A stretch of DNA of 64,000 nucleotides, from positions 18,042,001 to 18,106,000 of the forward strand of contig NW_027361677.1 of NCBI RefSeq assembly GCF_039654945.1, given 5' to 3'. The notes under the pieces are model-generated. The model had not been told where the DNA came from, did not search any database, and saw only the letters and a program-made list of their open reading frames with translations. This document shows positions 42,101-59,914 of this stretch, piece by piece. How positions within the stretch are numbered: position 1 is the first letter of the stretch; each line of letters opens with the position of its first letter. A program made the translations under genes and the position numbers. The DNA is from Dendrobates tinctorius (lineage: Eukaryota).

Positions 42101-45100
42101 CCTCTTGCCGCCTACACCCTTCACAGCCCTCATCAGCAGCACCCTCTTGCCGCCTACACCCCTCACAGCCCTCATCAGCAGCACCCTCTTGCCGCCTACA
42201 CCCCTCACAGCCCTCATCAGCAGCGCCCTCTCGCCGCCTACACCCATCACAGCCCTCATCAGCAGCGCCCTCTTGCCGCTTACACCCTTCACAGCCCTCA
42301 TCAGCAGCACCCTCTTGCCGCCTACACCCTTCACAGCCCTCATCAGCAGCACCCTCTCGTCGCCTACACCCATCACAGCCCTCATCAGCAGCGCCCTCTT
42401 GCAGCCTACACCCATCACAGCCCTCATCAGCAGCGCCCTCTCGCCGCCTACACCCTTCACAGCCCTCAGCAGCGCCCTCTTGCAGCCTACACCCATCACA
42501 GCCCTCATCAGCAGCGCCCTCTCGCTGCCTACACCCATCACAGCCCTCATCAGCAGCGCCCTCTTGCCGCTTACACCCTTCACAGCCCTCATCAGCAGCG
42601 CCCTCTTGCCGCTTACACCCTTCACAGCCCTCATCAGCAGCGCCCTCTTGCCGCCTACACCCTTCACAGCCCTCATCAGCAGCACCCTCTCGCCGCCTAC
42701 ACCCATCACAGCCCTCATCAGCAGCGCCCTCTCACCTTCTGGGCCGGTTTGAGGCTCTCTGAGCTCATGTCTTTTGCCTCTTCTGCTTTTATCACACATT
42801 CGTGGTACATATTAAACCCCCTTCTGTTCTATTTCCTTCGCAGGTGGTGTCATTGATCACATTCATCTGTTACGTGGCATCGACGGCTGTGGCTCTCATG
42901 ACCGTTCCTCTTATAGAATTCCTCTGGGCTCTCTTCACGTTCTTTGCTTATTCCACAAAACTAAATGAACAGCTGAAAGGAATTTTCTGGCCACTGCTGG
43001 TAAGTGCTCTGACATCTGGGACTTTCCATATTGCAGCTTTGCTTCTTCATCCACGTCTGGTGAAGATTAGTGAAACTCAGAGTAGAAGATGTTGAAATTT
43101 TGTTTTAGTTTTTTATCAGTGTGTGTGGGGGAATGTACTGTGGGGGCATCATACTGTGTGGGGGAATGTACTGTGGGGTCGTCATACTGGGGGGGCATCA
43201 TACTGTGTGGGGGGAATGTACTGTGGGGACATCATACTGTGTGGGGGGAATGTACTGTGGGGGCATCATACTGTGTGGGGGAATGTACTGTGTGGGGGGA
43301 ATGTACTGTGGGGGCATCATACTGTGTGTGAGGGAATGTACTGTGGGGGCATCATACTGTGTGGGGGAATGTACTGTGGGGACATCATACTGTGTGGGGG
43401 GAATGTACTGTGGGGACATTATACCGTGTGTAGGGGAATATACTGTGGGGACATTATACCGCGTGTAGGGGAATATACTGTGGGGACATTATACCGCGTG
43501 TAGGGGAATATACTGTGGGGACATTATACCGTGTGTAGGGGAATATACTGTGGGGACATTATACCGTGTGTAGGGGAATGTACTGTGGGGACATGTTGTG
43601 GGGGGGAATGTACTGTGGGGACGTGATACTGTGTGGGGGATGTACTGAAAATGAAAGCCGAAAACCCCTTTAAGATCACCATGGGCCCATTTTGTTAGTA
43701 AAAAGTGGTGATGAATCCCATTAAGAAATTCTCTTCCCTGACAGCAAGGAGATCATAGAACATTTAAGGAACTAAAATTTTGCTAGAATTTTGCATTAAC
43801 CATCATTTACTTACAAAAAATAAAAAATGTAATCCATCCCGTAAGGCTAGTGTTACTAAGCAATTTTGGAGGTGGAAGTGGTGCTGCAGAGCTGCTGCCA
43901 TGTGTCCTGTGGACTCAGGAGTGAGAAACTGGATGAAGATCATAGCAGTATATACTTAGGAATCCTCCCGCAATAGATGATGTCGGGGAAGGGAGGTCAC
44001 CTTGTTTTCTGGGCAGAAGCCTTCGCTCTCTATGTTGGAGACCGTGCTATCTCATGTGTATAGGTTACACTGAATCTGCTCACGTGAAGCCCTGACTCGT
44101 GGGCCTGGATTGTCTTCACCACTCCATCTTTGTCTATATAGAGGGTCCGGGTGGGGGGGGGTATATAGGGATCCATCCAGACTAAATATTACTGTTACCT
44201 TGTGACAGATCTGGGGCCGGTGATTTATGACTGCATTGAATGTTTGGATTACAGTGCATTAGCCTACCCCGTGCCCCTACTCACATGGTGCTGCAATGTA
44301 ACCGCGCTCTCTGCTCCCTCCTAGGACTTCATCCGCTGCGTCTCTGCTGCCATCATATATTTTGTGATCTCACTAGTGGCCGTGTCAAAATACTCCTGTG
44401 CGGCCTCCAAAGCTGCTGCGGTGAGTTCTCACGATTACGGTTATGGGGGCTCTCTGACGTATAGCAGATACCGTTTTTGGTTGCGTTTTGTGAAATGTGG
44501 GGGTTAAGAGTTACCAAAACCAGTGGGGAGAAATGGGTAAAGGTGACCAAACCCACCGATTCCATTGTAACTGGCCGATTAGTGTACATAGGGGCCACCC
44601 GACAGATGAGTAAAGGATCGTAGGCAAATGCTGTTGTTCTCGGAGAAAAGCTTTTACAAGATATGGATAGCAGCTGCTCACTCCCCTCTCCCCATTGATA
44701 ATACATGGCCAAGTTGAGCATTAAGGTCAAATTCAGATGTCTGTGAAACACAGTCCTTGCACAGAAGGTGATATCCAGTCCGGCCTGGGTTTCCTAACCC
44801 CAAACTGTTGAGTAAGGGTTGGGAGACTCGCAGTCAGTCTATATATCATGGTCTGTACACAGATCGTGTTTTATGGAAATCAGAATTCCCAAAATTATTT
44901 CTCAAGGGGGTTCATTTGCTGGGACCCCCTGGTATCCAGGTCTAGTAAGCACACCTCTGCTCCATTCATTGTCTATAGGACTGATGGAGAAATCTGAGGG
45001 CAGCACGCAGCTTTTTCCAGGAGTCCCACAGAGGTTGGAAATGAATGGAGAGAATAGACTTAACAAGAGGCACTATATTTTGAAGGTTAAACCTGAGCAC

Positions 45101-46906
45101 TTTAGTACTGGGATGCTGTATCTCCATCCAAGAATGTTACCCCATAATAAGGATTGTTGATTTTTTTTTTTCTTTTATGTTGTTATTCGATATATGTTAT
45201 TCTATGCCTATTTGTGGGTTCTCTAGTTTTTAAAAATTTTTTCCGTACCTGTACAAGGTTGTTTATTCCCCACTCCCTTCCCTCCCTTCTTACCTTCCTT
45301 TCCCTACCCTGTTTATTTCTAAAAAAACAATAAAATTATTTGAAAACGGAAATGAATGGAGAGATGGTGGGCACGATCAACCCCTAAACAGCCCCATACT
45401 CCGGACTGATGGGGGACGTCCCATCAGTCAGGTCCCCAGAGACCTGTAACTTATGTTATATTCCACTTCTCCCATGTCCCAGGTGCTTGGATTCATTGCC
45501 ACCATCGTCTATGCGTTTGACTTCTACATCATCTTTAATGACCTGATCGAATTCCTAAAGAAGGGAGACTCTGCAGATGACGAACCTCCGCGACGGAAGT
45601 CAGGTGACGGTACATACCTTGTGGTGTGAGGGTGAAGGTCCAGGCCAACTACTCTGCACCCCCCATAGTATCATCTGAAATCCAGGAACAGGCCTATTCA
45701 CACTGTTTCATGTACATATTGGAGACCTACTGTATGTGAGGACTTCCTAAATGTACCTCCAATGGATGCCTCTGTACAGGCCTATGGTGGCATGATAACG
45801 TTTCGGTAACAGTATGGCTACTAATCGGCAGGTAGGTAGAGATCTGCAGGCCATGGACTACTAATGTGGCCGCTGGACTACGGTCCTGTAAATCTTCTTG
45901 CTGAACTCTAGATCCTATGGTGATGTTGGTGCGTACATCAGGAGCCCGCATCAGGGGTCTGTGTATGGTATAGGGCACAGGTGCCGGGTAGGATCTGTGC
46001 GGTCAGCCATCTTGTCACTCAGCTGTTCCAGAAGTGGACAAACCATTGCCTGAATTCTTGGACTATGGGACGTGCATCCCCCCCTTACATACAGGATATT
46101 TTTCCCCCGGCTGTATATGGTCGGAAAGTGTCCAGAAGTATGTGCATAATGTAATTAAGAAGAATATGGACAACACAGATATTTCTTGTGCGACCGCCAT
46201 AATGATCCTTCCCCTGGAGATGGATTTTCTGTGGCTTCTCACATATATGTAATTAGACACAGGATGTATACGGCCGTCGTGGTCCGAGCAGACAATGGGG
46301 ATACGGTGCTGACATGGAAGCAGATTACACAGAGCAAAACAGGAAGAATTCAATTATAACATAAGGTCACGTTGGCAGTCATCGCAGCCCCCCATGGGAG
46401 GAGAGCTGCTCCATTTATTAACCTGTACTGGTATATAAAGATAGAGGATAAATGAGAGAGGAAGTGAAATCTGTGATCTCCAAACATAAAAGGGGGTTTA
46501 ATACATTAAAAATGGGTTGTATTGGCAATCCGATAGATGCTACTGCACAGTTGCCGCCGACACCATTTTGCTAGAGGGAGAAAAAAAATGGTGTCCACCA
46601 AGGTGGCGCCAGCGCAGCAGCATCTGTTGGATCGCCGCTAGATGCGCCTGCGCAGGCGCCTCCAGCGCCATCTTGATAGATTTTTTTTCAGAATTAATGT
46701 ATATTATACATGCGATCATGCTGCATTGTATACCCCATGTGATTGTTGCAGCAGTCCCGCATTTTGCTGCAAATTTTTATTTTCATAGAACATAGAGGGA
46801 AACATGACAAATGCCAAAAAAAGGAGATGAAAGAGTACAATGACCCCTAATCCAATGACTCTTGTGCTCACTTCCAGATGAAGACACAGACTCGGACTCA
46901 GATTGA
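33035..46906 (+). CDS. CMTM3: CKLF-like MARVEL transmembrane domain-containing protein 3; 5 coding exons, 519 nt, 172 aa
   Basis: join(33035..33151,42844..42999,44325..44420,45483..45603,46878..46906). FLTSRKGQLLLAE, WPLL|DFIRCVSAAIIYF, SKAAA|VLGFIA and acidic tail DEDTDSDSD; synteny with TK2 and CMTM4. Confidence 0.93.
33164..34985. repeat. 23-27-bp C-rich minisatellite (CTCATCATCATCATCCTCATTCCCCC), ~1.8 kb
   Basis: Starts about 12 nt after the CMTM3 exon 1 donor; almost devoid of G on +. Confidence 0.97.
35312..35641. mobile_element. Harbinger-type MITE
   Basis: TAA|GGGTGTGTGCACACG ... CGTCTGCACATACCC|TAA; internal TGCGGA repeats. Confidence 0.8.
36088..38160. repeat. 31-32-bp minisatellite (GCTGTATATAGAGAGGCTATGTGGGGGCTCAT), ~2.1 kb
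   Basis: Visible tandem units with larger block duplications. Confidence 0.96.
38735..39225. repeat. 33-37-bp minisatellite (CCCCTTTAAGATCAGACAGAAGAGTATGCCCGCACAG)
   Basis: Visible tandem units. Confidence 0.9.
39328..40439. mobile_element. Three nested Harbinger-type MITEs (A 39328-40439, B 39650-40422, C 39981-40405)
   Basis: Each is flanked by a TAA/TTA/TGA 3-mer; stacked right ends GTGTGACGGTACCT|TTA|GTGTGACAGGCCCT|TAA|ATGTAAAGGGGGCT|TAA. Confidence 0.85.
41190..41362 (+). mobile_element. L2-type LINE ORF2 C-terminal remnant
   Basis: Degenerate QDFS..SP..WNSLPQH..L...QTFRSNL...LF.KAY, typical of L2/CR1-group RT C-termini. Confidence 0.65.
41357..42735. repeat. 42-bp minisatellite (CCTACACCCTTCACAGCCCTCATCAGCAGCGCCCTCTCGCCA)
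   Basis: About 33 units; the only length variant seen is a 39-bp unit. Confidence 0.97.
42844..42999 (+). CDS. CMTM3: CMTM3 coding exon 2
   Basis: gcag|GTG ... CTG|gtaagt; VVSLITFICYVAS...GIFWPLL. Confidence 0.93.
43120..43648. repeat. 33-35-bp minisatellite (TACTGTGTGGGGGAATGTACTGTGGGGGCATCA)
   Basis: Visible tandem units. Confidence 0.93.
44325..44420 (+). CDS. CMTM3: CMTM3 coding exon 3
   Basis: ctag|GAC ... GCG|gtgagt; DFIRCVSAAIIYFVISLVAVSKYSCAASKAAA. Confidence 0.93.
45483..45603 (+). CDS. CMTM3: CMTM3 coding exon 4
   Basis: ccag|GTG ... TCAG|gtgacg; VLGFIATIVYAFDFYIIFNDL...RRKS. Confidence 0.92.
46878..46906 (+). CDS. CMTM3: CMTM3 coding exon 5 (DEDTDSDSD*)
   Basis: cttccag|AT, phase 1; TGA 46904-46906. 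Confidence 0.88.
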
Positions 46907-47579
46907 TGATTTCCGGGAGATATTTTCCTTCCTGCCCCTGTGGTTATTTGTGGTCAACACTGGACCCCACAGACGAGATTACTGTGAAGAGTGAAGGACT
47001 TTTTACATTTTTTAATAGAGAAATTGGATTAAAGGACTAAAGAAGAGGAGACGTCACATTACACCGAATATAGACCGGTATCGCCTGCAGGTTGCTGTCT
47101 GCAAACGACAACTCCCAGCAACTTATGAGTTTTTTTGGTGCAGTTTTTCCAGATTTTTGTATTTTAAAGGAGCCGTAACTATTGACAATCTTTTTTTTTT
47201 TAAGAATTACTCAGAATACAATTTATATAAGACCAAGGAAGAGAAAAGAGGTGTTTACTACACCTCTTTTCTCTTCCTTGGTCTTATTGTATTCCAATTT
47301 CTGCAGGATAGGACATCAGTGTTCAGATGGATATGTGCTGCAATATGCAATAGAGCAGGTAGGCTGGAATAGAGATGGCACCAGTGCTCTGCAGGGGCTG
47401 AGGGGTACAGACCCCCCCAACACTGCACTGGGAGGTGAGTAACTACTCTGCGCTAAGGCTTTCTTGTTGCATTGTATGAAAGAGACTATTAGAATCACTA
47501 CAACCATAAAACCAGACTTGATTATTGTACACGGGTCAGTGTTCATGGTAGAGTTTTGGGATAGAGAGGAGTCTTTTAT

Positions 47580-47936
47580 TTAAAGGGAATCCGTCTGCAG
47601 GTTTTTGCTGTGTAATCTGAAAGCACCACAATGTAAGAGCAGATAGCCCGACTCCAGAGATGTGTCACTTACTGGGGCTGTGCCTTCCTGTTTCAATAAA
47701 ATCAGTGTTTTATCAGCAGGAGATGATCACTGCAGGACTAGGCATCTCGTGCCTTCTGGTCCAACCATGCCCCCAGCACTGATTGGCGGTTTTCTGCCAA
47801 TCAGAGGGGTGGATGGGATTCTACACAGTTCAGCATTCTGTGAACTCTGCTGGATCTACAGCAGAGAAACTGCGATTACGGTCTCAGCCCCTACATCATG
47901 CTGCTCTCAGATTACATAGCTAAAACCTCCCTTTAA
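47580..47936. mobile_element. T2/Kolobok-type MITE in the putative CMTM3 3' UTR
   Basis: TTAAAGGGA ... TCCCTTTAA termini; similar to 2240-2636. Confidence 0.7.
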
Positions 47937-48237
47937 AAAATACACCCTTTACCCTCCAGAGCTTAACCTGAGTATACATGCCTATCAGTAGCCCCTGGGC
48001 CTGGCCGTACATCACAGTCAGACCGTAAAACTGACCCTACAGGCACACCTCTCTAGGTTGTAGTGAAGGGGGTGAACTATTGGTTTGTGAAGGATCGTGC
48101 TGCAAACATAACATGTGAAGTATCAGCAAGCCTTATTGGAGATGAAAACTTTATACTTACTGCCATTGTACAGGAAATTATTATATTTGCACTTGAGTAA
48201 CTTTGTACTATAAACGCTCACAATTTACCAGATATCC

Positions 48238-48243
48238 ATTAAA
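48238..48243 (+). terminator. Candidate CMTM3 polyadenylation signal (ATTAAA)
   Basis: Follows a TGTA-rich, UTR-like AT-rich segment. Confidence 0.35.
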
Positions 48244-48475
48244 TACGACCTGAAAATCGGATGGTGAATGTCAGGCTCAAGGACCCAGAAATCGGCTGTG
48301 AGCTGTGGATGTCCCTGCAGTGCCTCCGCAGGATAAATTAGGTATTGCGCTATTTGATTGAAACCAATGGTAAACTAATGGAAACTGTTGAAAACTACTA
48401 CACCAAGCATGCCCTGGGGGAAGCTGGTGGGGGGTGGAAGAACAGAAAACAAAAAAAAAACATGCGTTTGATCTT

Positions 48476-48481
48476 TTTATT
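48476..48481 (-). terminator. Candidate CMTM4 polyadenylation signal (AATAAA)
   Basis: TTTATT on +; a U/GU-rich element lies downstream on - (48441-48460); implies a 3' UTR of ~4.5 kb. Confidence 0.5.
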
Positions 48482-51400
48482 ACACGTTACAAAAAGAAAC
48501 TCCAGTCTCCATATTGTACCAGCACACGAGAAAAGGAACACACGCATCCAGTCTTACAATAATACACAAGTATCGGATGATTGACAAGTGCACATCGATA
48601 CGAAAAAGGCACACAAGGTGAGACGATTCGCCAAAACCCAAAAACAAAAAATGGAGAATAGAAAAAAGAAAGCAAAGGTGTACAAAAAAAAAAGCAAAGG
48701 CGTACACAAAGCGTAATGATTACATCCAAGAGACACGTACCGTTATACAAAAACCTAGAATACAAAATATGACATATAAGCACCATGAAAAATGCTCGTG
48801 TGTCGGCTCTTATCATACACGTGACGCAGCTGGCCGATAGGAGGCGCCGTTCTTTTCTCTGTGTCGGATGGAAAGTTTTCTGGTTATCGAGTGTTCGATG
48901 TGAAAAATTGCAATGAAACAATCTGATTTACACCAACGATGTCACAACTTCAAGAAGCGTCACGGTTATGTACAAAAAGAAGATTTTCTCTAAATTATAA
49001 AGGTCCATTTAATGAACTACACGGATGCGAGTGACCATTATTACAGGCAGTTAGGAGCGCACCGCTCACCTGGCTTCCTGTCTGCCGGAGTGACTGTGCG
49101 CTCCCAATGAGTGACGGTTTAAACCAGTGGCATACGCTGATGCTTCTAACTTTGGGGGTGGTCGCCGGATCGGCAGTACTTACTGCTTCAGAGCAGCACT
49201 TTCAGGCTCGATAGCAAAGAGCTTGTAGGCGCTGCGCCCCTAGAATAGAAAGCACAGATTATAATGAAGGGGTATGTGACTGCCCATCAGGGTTTCTATG
49301 AGGCTTATCCACCTGCAGACTCCTGAACGAAATCTGGGGGTCAGTCCACAGATTCCACCGTCAATAAGAGTTCACGGCGGATTTAGACTTTACACAGACA
49401 GGGGGTCCCGTTATGGCAGATAAACATTTTAAGACTCTTAATGGGTCGGGCATTGGACATCAAGATGGCAGAAACCTTTTGCAGACTTTAAACTCAAGAA
49501 ATGTCTGTAAGCCTCTGGATCTCCACCAAGAGGACCAGTACCGCTCCAGAGAAGACTTCACATATAAAATGGTCCACCGTCATTATCACCGAAAGTAATA
49601 AAACTTTTATGTAAGTTTAAGCAGTAAATATTTGGTCCTATCGTATTCACTGAACATCCCAAAACCTTAAGGCTAGGGTTACTCGGCACCTTTGGCCATG
49701 ACCAAAGGTCACTTGGTGCCAGCACTGCAGCTACAGAAGTGGTTGGGGTGGCACTGCGACACCTACACGACTGTGACAAGCAAGTCGCCAAAAATCCAAC
49801 CAAGGCGCCGTCGTGTTAGTGTCGCAATGTAACCCCCCGTCTGTTGCAGCAGCACCGAGGGAACGGCTGCTGGGGTCAATGTCGCCTGAGCCTACCCCAG
49901 CACTCAGGAAATGTCATCTCAGAGTCCTGGTCCCTCTGGTTTATAGAAAATGGAAAACTTTGGGTTTTTCCAGTGTGGAAACTGCTTTAGGAAACTCCGT
50001 TTTTGGAAGTTTTTTGTGACCTGCACTTATTGGACATAAGGCTTTTATTTGTTGTTGTTTTTTTTTTTAAAACTTGAAGCGGGAGGAAAGAGAAAAATAA
50101 TGTAGTGCAGCCACTGGCTTTGGAGCCTGAATACACGGACCCCTCCTCGATGTCACCTTCTGCCTTATACAAGCATGTATCTTGTGTTTCGGAGATGGTG
50201 GGATAAAGTGCGTAGAAGACTGGAAAAGCTGCAAAGCCAATACGGTCATAAGGGAATGTTCAGATAATGGAAAAGTGTCCCAAGCCTCAGACTCTCAAGC
50301 GTTTCAGGCAGCGAGTAGACTGGTCCTGGAAACATCAGGACCACAGAAGTCTATGTGGAGTGAAGCTATGGGCATATCTGCATAGTGAAAGCCTCAGCCT
50401 TGAAACTCACTATTGTACAAGCCCCATAGAAGAATTCTCACGCGTTTCTGGCAGCTAGTCGACCAGAGATGGCGGTCAATGCCTCAGCCACGACCATCAA
50501 AAAGCCACCAGGGACGGTTGGCAAAGGGTGAAGTCAACTTCCTACGTAGATGAAGTCTTCTACTTCAGCATCTGCCCATATATCCCCCCCCCCCCGCAGG
50601 CATTCACATCACTGGCAGACCCTATATTAAAGGGACAGCCATGCCTGCTTTACTTTAGCAGTTCCCTGCTCGGGCTCATCTATAGATTGTAACCTACAGA
50701 ACGGGGTCGTCCTAAATCTCTCATTCCCCAGGCTGACGCACAGTCATAGAGACCCATGTTCCCAACCATCAGCCCGTGCAAACACGCCGTCAACCTGCAA
50801 AACGTTCACTCGTTGGCCAACTGGATCCTTTACACACCCGTCAATGCAGAGTCAGGAGGCCTCCATACAAGGAGGATGCTTAGGGGGGCTGTTAATAGGA
50901 CAATTGGGATTCTTTCAATATCTGCACTGACTATTTGCTTTTTTACGATATTGTATTGCAAAATTTCAGTTTAGTAAACTGTAAAAAAAAAAAAAAAAGT
51001 TAATAAATTACATTTCCTACACAAAACCGGATTATAATCAGATACTTAAATTTTAATAAGCCTACGACGAGGCACAAAGACTGTATATTAAATACCTTCA
51101 TGTCTAAGGACTTTTTTTTTAACTTTTTTTTTTTAGGGGGGGTGGTCGGTTATTGATCCTTCAGATTACGCTAAATTCCCTTTTCACGAGATAAATAGTG
51201 TTAAAATATCGCTTAATAAAATAATAAAAGCTGTAGTTGTCAGTCCCTAGTGTAATATTGCATATGTATAGTGGCGTCACCGCGCTGTGATCGCTACGTT
51301 ACCGATATGAATACGAAAGACGGCGAACAAAGGAGAAAAATACAGGCCATCTAAAGCATCACCAAAAGAAAAATTAAACTCCCCCCCCCCCCCCCCCCCA

Positions 51401-51767
51401 GAGTGTGTGTTAAAAAATTAAAAGGGGGTCGTCCCATCTTCCTTCTTCAGAACTGCAACACTTCCTCTTCCTGCCCAGGAGGAGCGGTGTACTCCTGAAG
51501 ATTGCAGGCGGTATGATTACACCGCTGTCTGAACTGTGCGCTCTAACGCTGCAAACGTTTGCAAGTGCGTGCTCCCTGCCTAGGTAACCGACCACCACCG
51601 ATAAGACTTGACAGGTGGTCGGTAACCTAGGCAACAACTTAAAATTTAAAAATATTTCTGTTCTGAAATAGGTAAAATTGCAAAGTGCTTGTCCTTTAAG
51701 AAATGAACCTTTCACTCTTGCTTCAAATTAAGGTTTGCATGTCCCCATGATAACACTTCCTGTTTCG

Positions 51768-52237
51768 TTAGCCTCTAGCCAAGCAGGAGCCACTGGGTCT
51801 AGCCTCTACCCAAGGGGGAGCCACTGGGGCTAGCCTCTAACCAAGTGGGAGCCACTGGGGCTAGCCTCTAACCAAGCGGGACCCCCCCGGGGCTAGCCTC
51901 TAGTCAAGAGGGAGCCCCCCGGGGCTAGTCTCTTGTCAAGCGGGAGCCCCCCGGGGCTAGCCCCTAGTCAAGCGGGAGCCCCCCGGGGCTAGCCCCTAGT
52001 CAAGCGGGAGCCCCCCGGGGCTAGCCCCTAGTCAAGCGGGAGCCCCCCCGGGGCTAGCCTCTAGTCAAGCGGGAGCCCCCCCGGGGCTAGCCTCTAGTCA
52101 AGCGGGAGCCCCCCCGGGGCTAGCCTCTAGTCAAGCGGGAGCCCCCCGGGGCTAGCCTCTAGTCAAGCGGGAGCCCCCCGGGGCTAGCCTCTAGTCAAGC
52201 GGGAGCCACCGGGACTAGCATCTAGCCAAGCAGGAGA
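51768..52237. repeat. 31-33-bp GC-rich minisatellite (GGGGCTAGCCTCTAGTCAAGCGGGAGCCCCCC)
   Basis: Visible tandem units inside the putative CMTM4 3' UTR. Confidence 0.93.
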
Positions 52238-52946
52238 CTTATTTTTTTTTTTTTTTTCAAACGTGTAAATTAATGATGTCCCTATGATAAGATGGAGCTT
52301 CCAGGAAGTTTTGCCATGGGGACACATGCAGAAAAGCTTCTCTTATTTGCATTTAAGTCCCATTAACTTGAAAACAGGAATGAGATTTTTTTTTTTTTTT
52401 TTTTTTTCAGATCCTGTAATTTCCTTCAATCACCAGACGAATTATTTAAATTAAGTTAAATATTAAAAACCTTCATTTTTTTTTTTTTACCATTTTTCAG
52501 TGCCCTTCTGCGGCTTCAGCCTATTTCTCCACTGGAATGAATGCAATTAATAATCCGCTTAAAAAAAAAGACCCTAATTATAAATCGCAGGATTAAAAGA
52601 TGATCTAATTAAAAGATGCAAGACAGAAAAAAAAATCTAATCATCTGTCAGAGAGGGAAGTAGAAAGGTACGTGCCGCGACCAAGGTCATCACCGTCACT
52701 GGAGATCAGTCGTCTGGTCCCAGGTTTTTGGTCCATGTCAGGACTGTCCATCGCAGGATCTACAACGTTGGCTTCTCGGGAATGTTTGCCACCCACCTGC
52801 CTTTCTAAACATTAAGACGGAAATGTGATCCAAAAAAAAAAAATCTCTGTTCCCAAAATGCGTCTTCACAAAAGTAGTCCTGCTGCCAGGGGAGGAAGAA
52901 ACCACTCAGGACGGAAGCCCCTCTACCGATCGGGACCCCCGACGGG

Positions 52947-57826
<4,880 letters not shown>

Positions 57827-59914
57827 CTAGGGTGGCAAAAACAGAAAAGGCAAATTAGTGTTTTTGCAAGGACCGGTAACCATCCCTAAAACCAGTCTAT
57901 AATTTGTCATATGTCTGACATTACACTGACCATATGTCCCCATGAACATAGTTACGTAATTAAGGATTTTGTTCACCCTCCCCTCCTCCTATCAGAAAAA
58001 TAATAACATGGAGGCAATAGTAGAAATCATCCACCTTTGCGCTGGCTATAAATAATAGATGGCGAGACTTTCCCCAAGGAGTCTCCATCACAAAGAATTA
58101 AAGGGTCTCCGATGACGGAGTGTCAGAAAGGATTAAATCACCAGACTCCCGGCCCGCCATCTACAGATGAGCCCGCTGAACTGGGAGAAGCGTGAAATCA
58201 CTCAGCCGGACACGCGTAATGTACGGCGAAACGCCGGCCGAGTGACTGAGGAGGCGAAACATGGGGTGATAGTGTCCAGCTGGGAGTTGTAGTGTTATCA
58301 CCAGCATGCAAAATAAAATATTGCAAGATTTTAACAATTTCCCTCTTCTGAATATATGATCAGCTCCGTCCACGGTACCTCCAGCCCTGCAGGGCCGCCA
58401 GCACCTCCAGAGAGCCGTTCTCAGGGAAATCAATGGGGAAAATCTGGGAACATAATTCCGGGTTTCCTTCCTCCTCGGATAATTAATAGACCGTACACTG
58501 CAGACATCAGCGGCTCTCAGAGAACATTCATAACCCGGCTTCTCTGATGCACGGGACCCAAAGTGATTCCCTCCCTCCAGTAGGGACCTCTGATCCCCCA
58601 GTTATTTTTCCAAGTGGGGATCAATCCAGAAGCATCATGCGCATTCATTTCTTAATTGGGGTATTCCCAAAATTCAACTTTAACCCCTATCAACAGGATC
58701 AAAGCTAAATTTACTGATCGCTTGGGCCCACCATCAATCCCGACAACAGGGCTCTGAATGTACATGCTTGACCTCCACGTTCTCCGGATTACAGGCCGAG
58801 CATGAGCACACCATTGAAGACATGTCTTGAAATCCATTGGCCCGATCTAGGTATTACTAGAACCCCCCAGTGATCCAAAAATGATCCCCTATACCACAGC
58901 TATGAGGGATCACTTTGGATTGTGGGAATTCCTCCTTAATATTTGTTTATTGAGGTGAAAAATGGTTTACAGAGCTCCAAATCCCCTGCACTGGATTAAC
59001 AAACAACATTCTGGTTGCCACCACTAGAGGGAGCTCACTTTACTATGGAGAGCAATGTATACAGCATGCAGTGAGCTCCCTCTAGTGGTGGCTGCAAGAA
59101 GCCAAAATTTATCACTTCCAACGGAATCAGATCTTACAAAAGATAAAATATTCTCCATAGGAAGAAGATGCAAGAAATGGACAGGTCGGACTTCTTTTTT
59201 TTTTTTTGCAGATCTGCTCACTCTACACATAGGGCTACCACCATGTCCTCACAAGAATCTCACGTCATCTGCAGCTTAGATACATCCCGTGACAGGCATC
59301 TAACCAGCGATGTATCCCAGTACAATGCTGATATTGCTTGTACTTTTGCCTCTCTAACACAGCATGATTTCTACCTAGTTTGTGGTCTTTTTTAGATTTA
59401 GAAGGTTAAATAAGGAGTCTCACTCGATGCCAATGTAAACTTATCTGGGGAGCTGGAATACAGGGGTTTCTACTTCCCGAGAAGCTACGGTACGTCTCCA
59501 AGACATACAAAGGATTTATACGTAATGAGTCCCCAGACTCGAAGCATTTTCTTACTAAAAGATCACAGGTTAGGAAATTAGGATACATAGAAATGACTAT
59601 TGCCGAGCTGCAATACCAGATATGGACTCGAGTGGCGCTGTTTCAAGGGAAAAAACTAATGTTAAGCAGCTCCTTTAAGAGTTCTAAGAGACACCTTTTG
59701 GTAAGTAGGTAAACTCTCAATTCCCAGCCAACTAGTCCTGACAAGCACATCGCAGATCGGTCAGAAGCAAGTCACAGCCTTTGGGTTTTTAGTGGCGGTC
59801 ACACATTGCCTGCATTAATGAGCCTGTCAACATAACTAAGGACATTAGCCGATCCACAGGCTCCTCCTACGCGACGTGTACACAGCACAGCCTCGGCGTC
59901 CACCTTGTGATATG

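Noticed and set aside
46460-46469. GGAAGTGAAA PU.1-IRF motif in CMTM3 intron 4
   Set aside because: An isolated 10-mer with no supporting cluster; not enough to call an enhancer.
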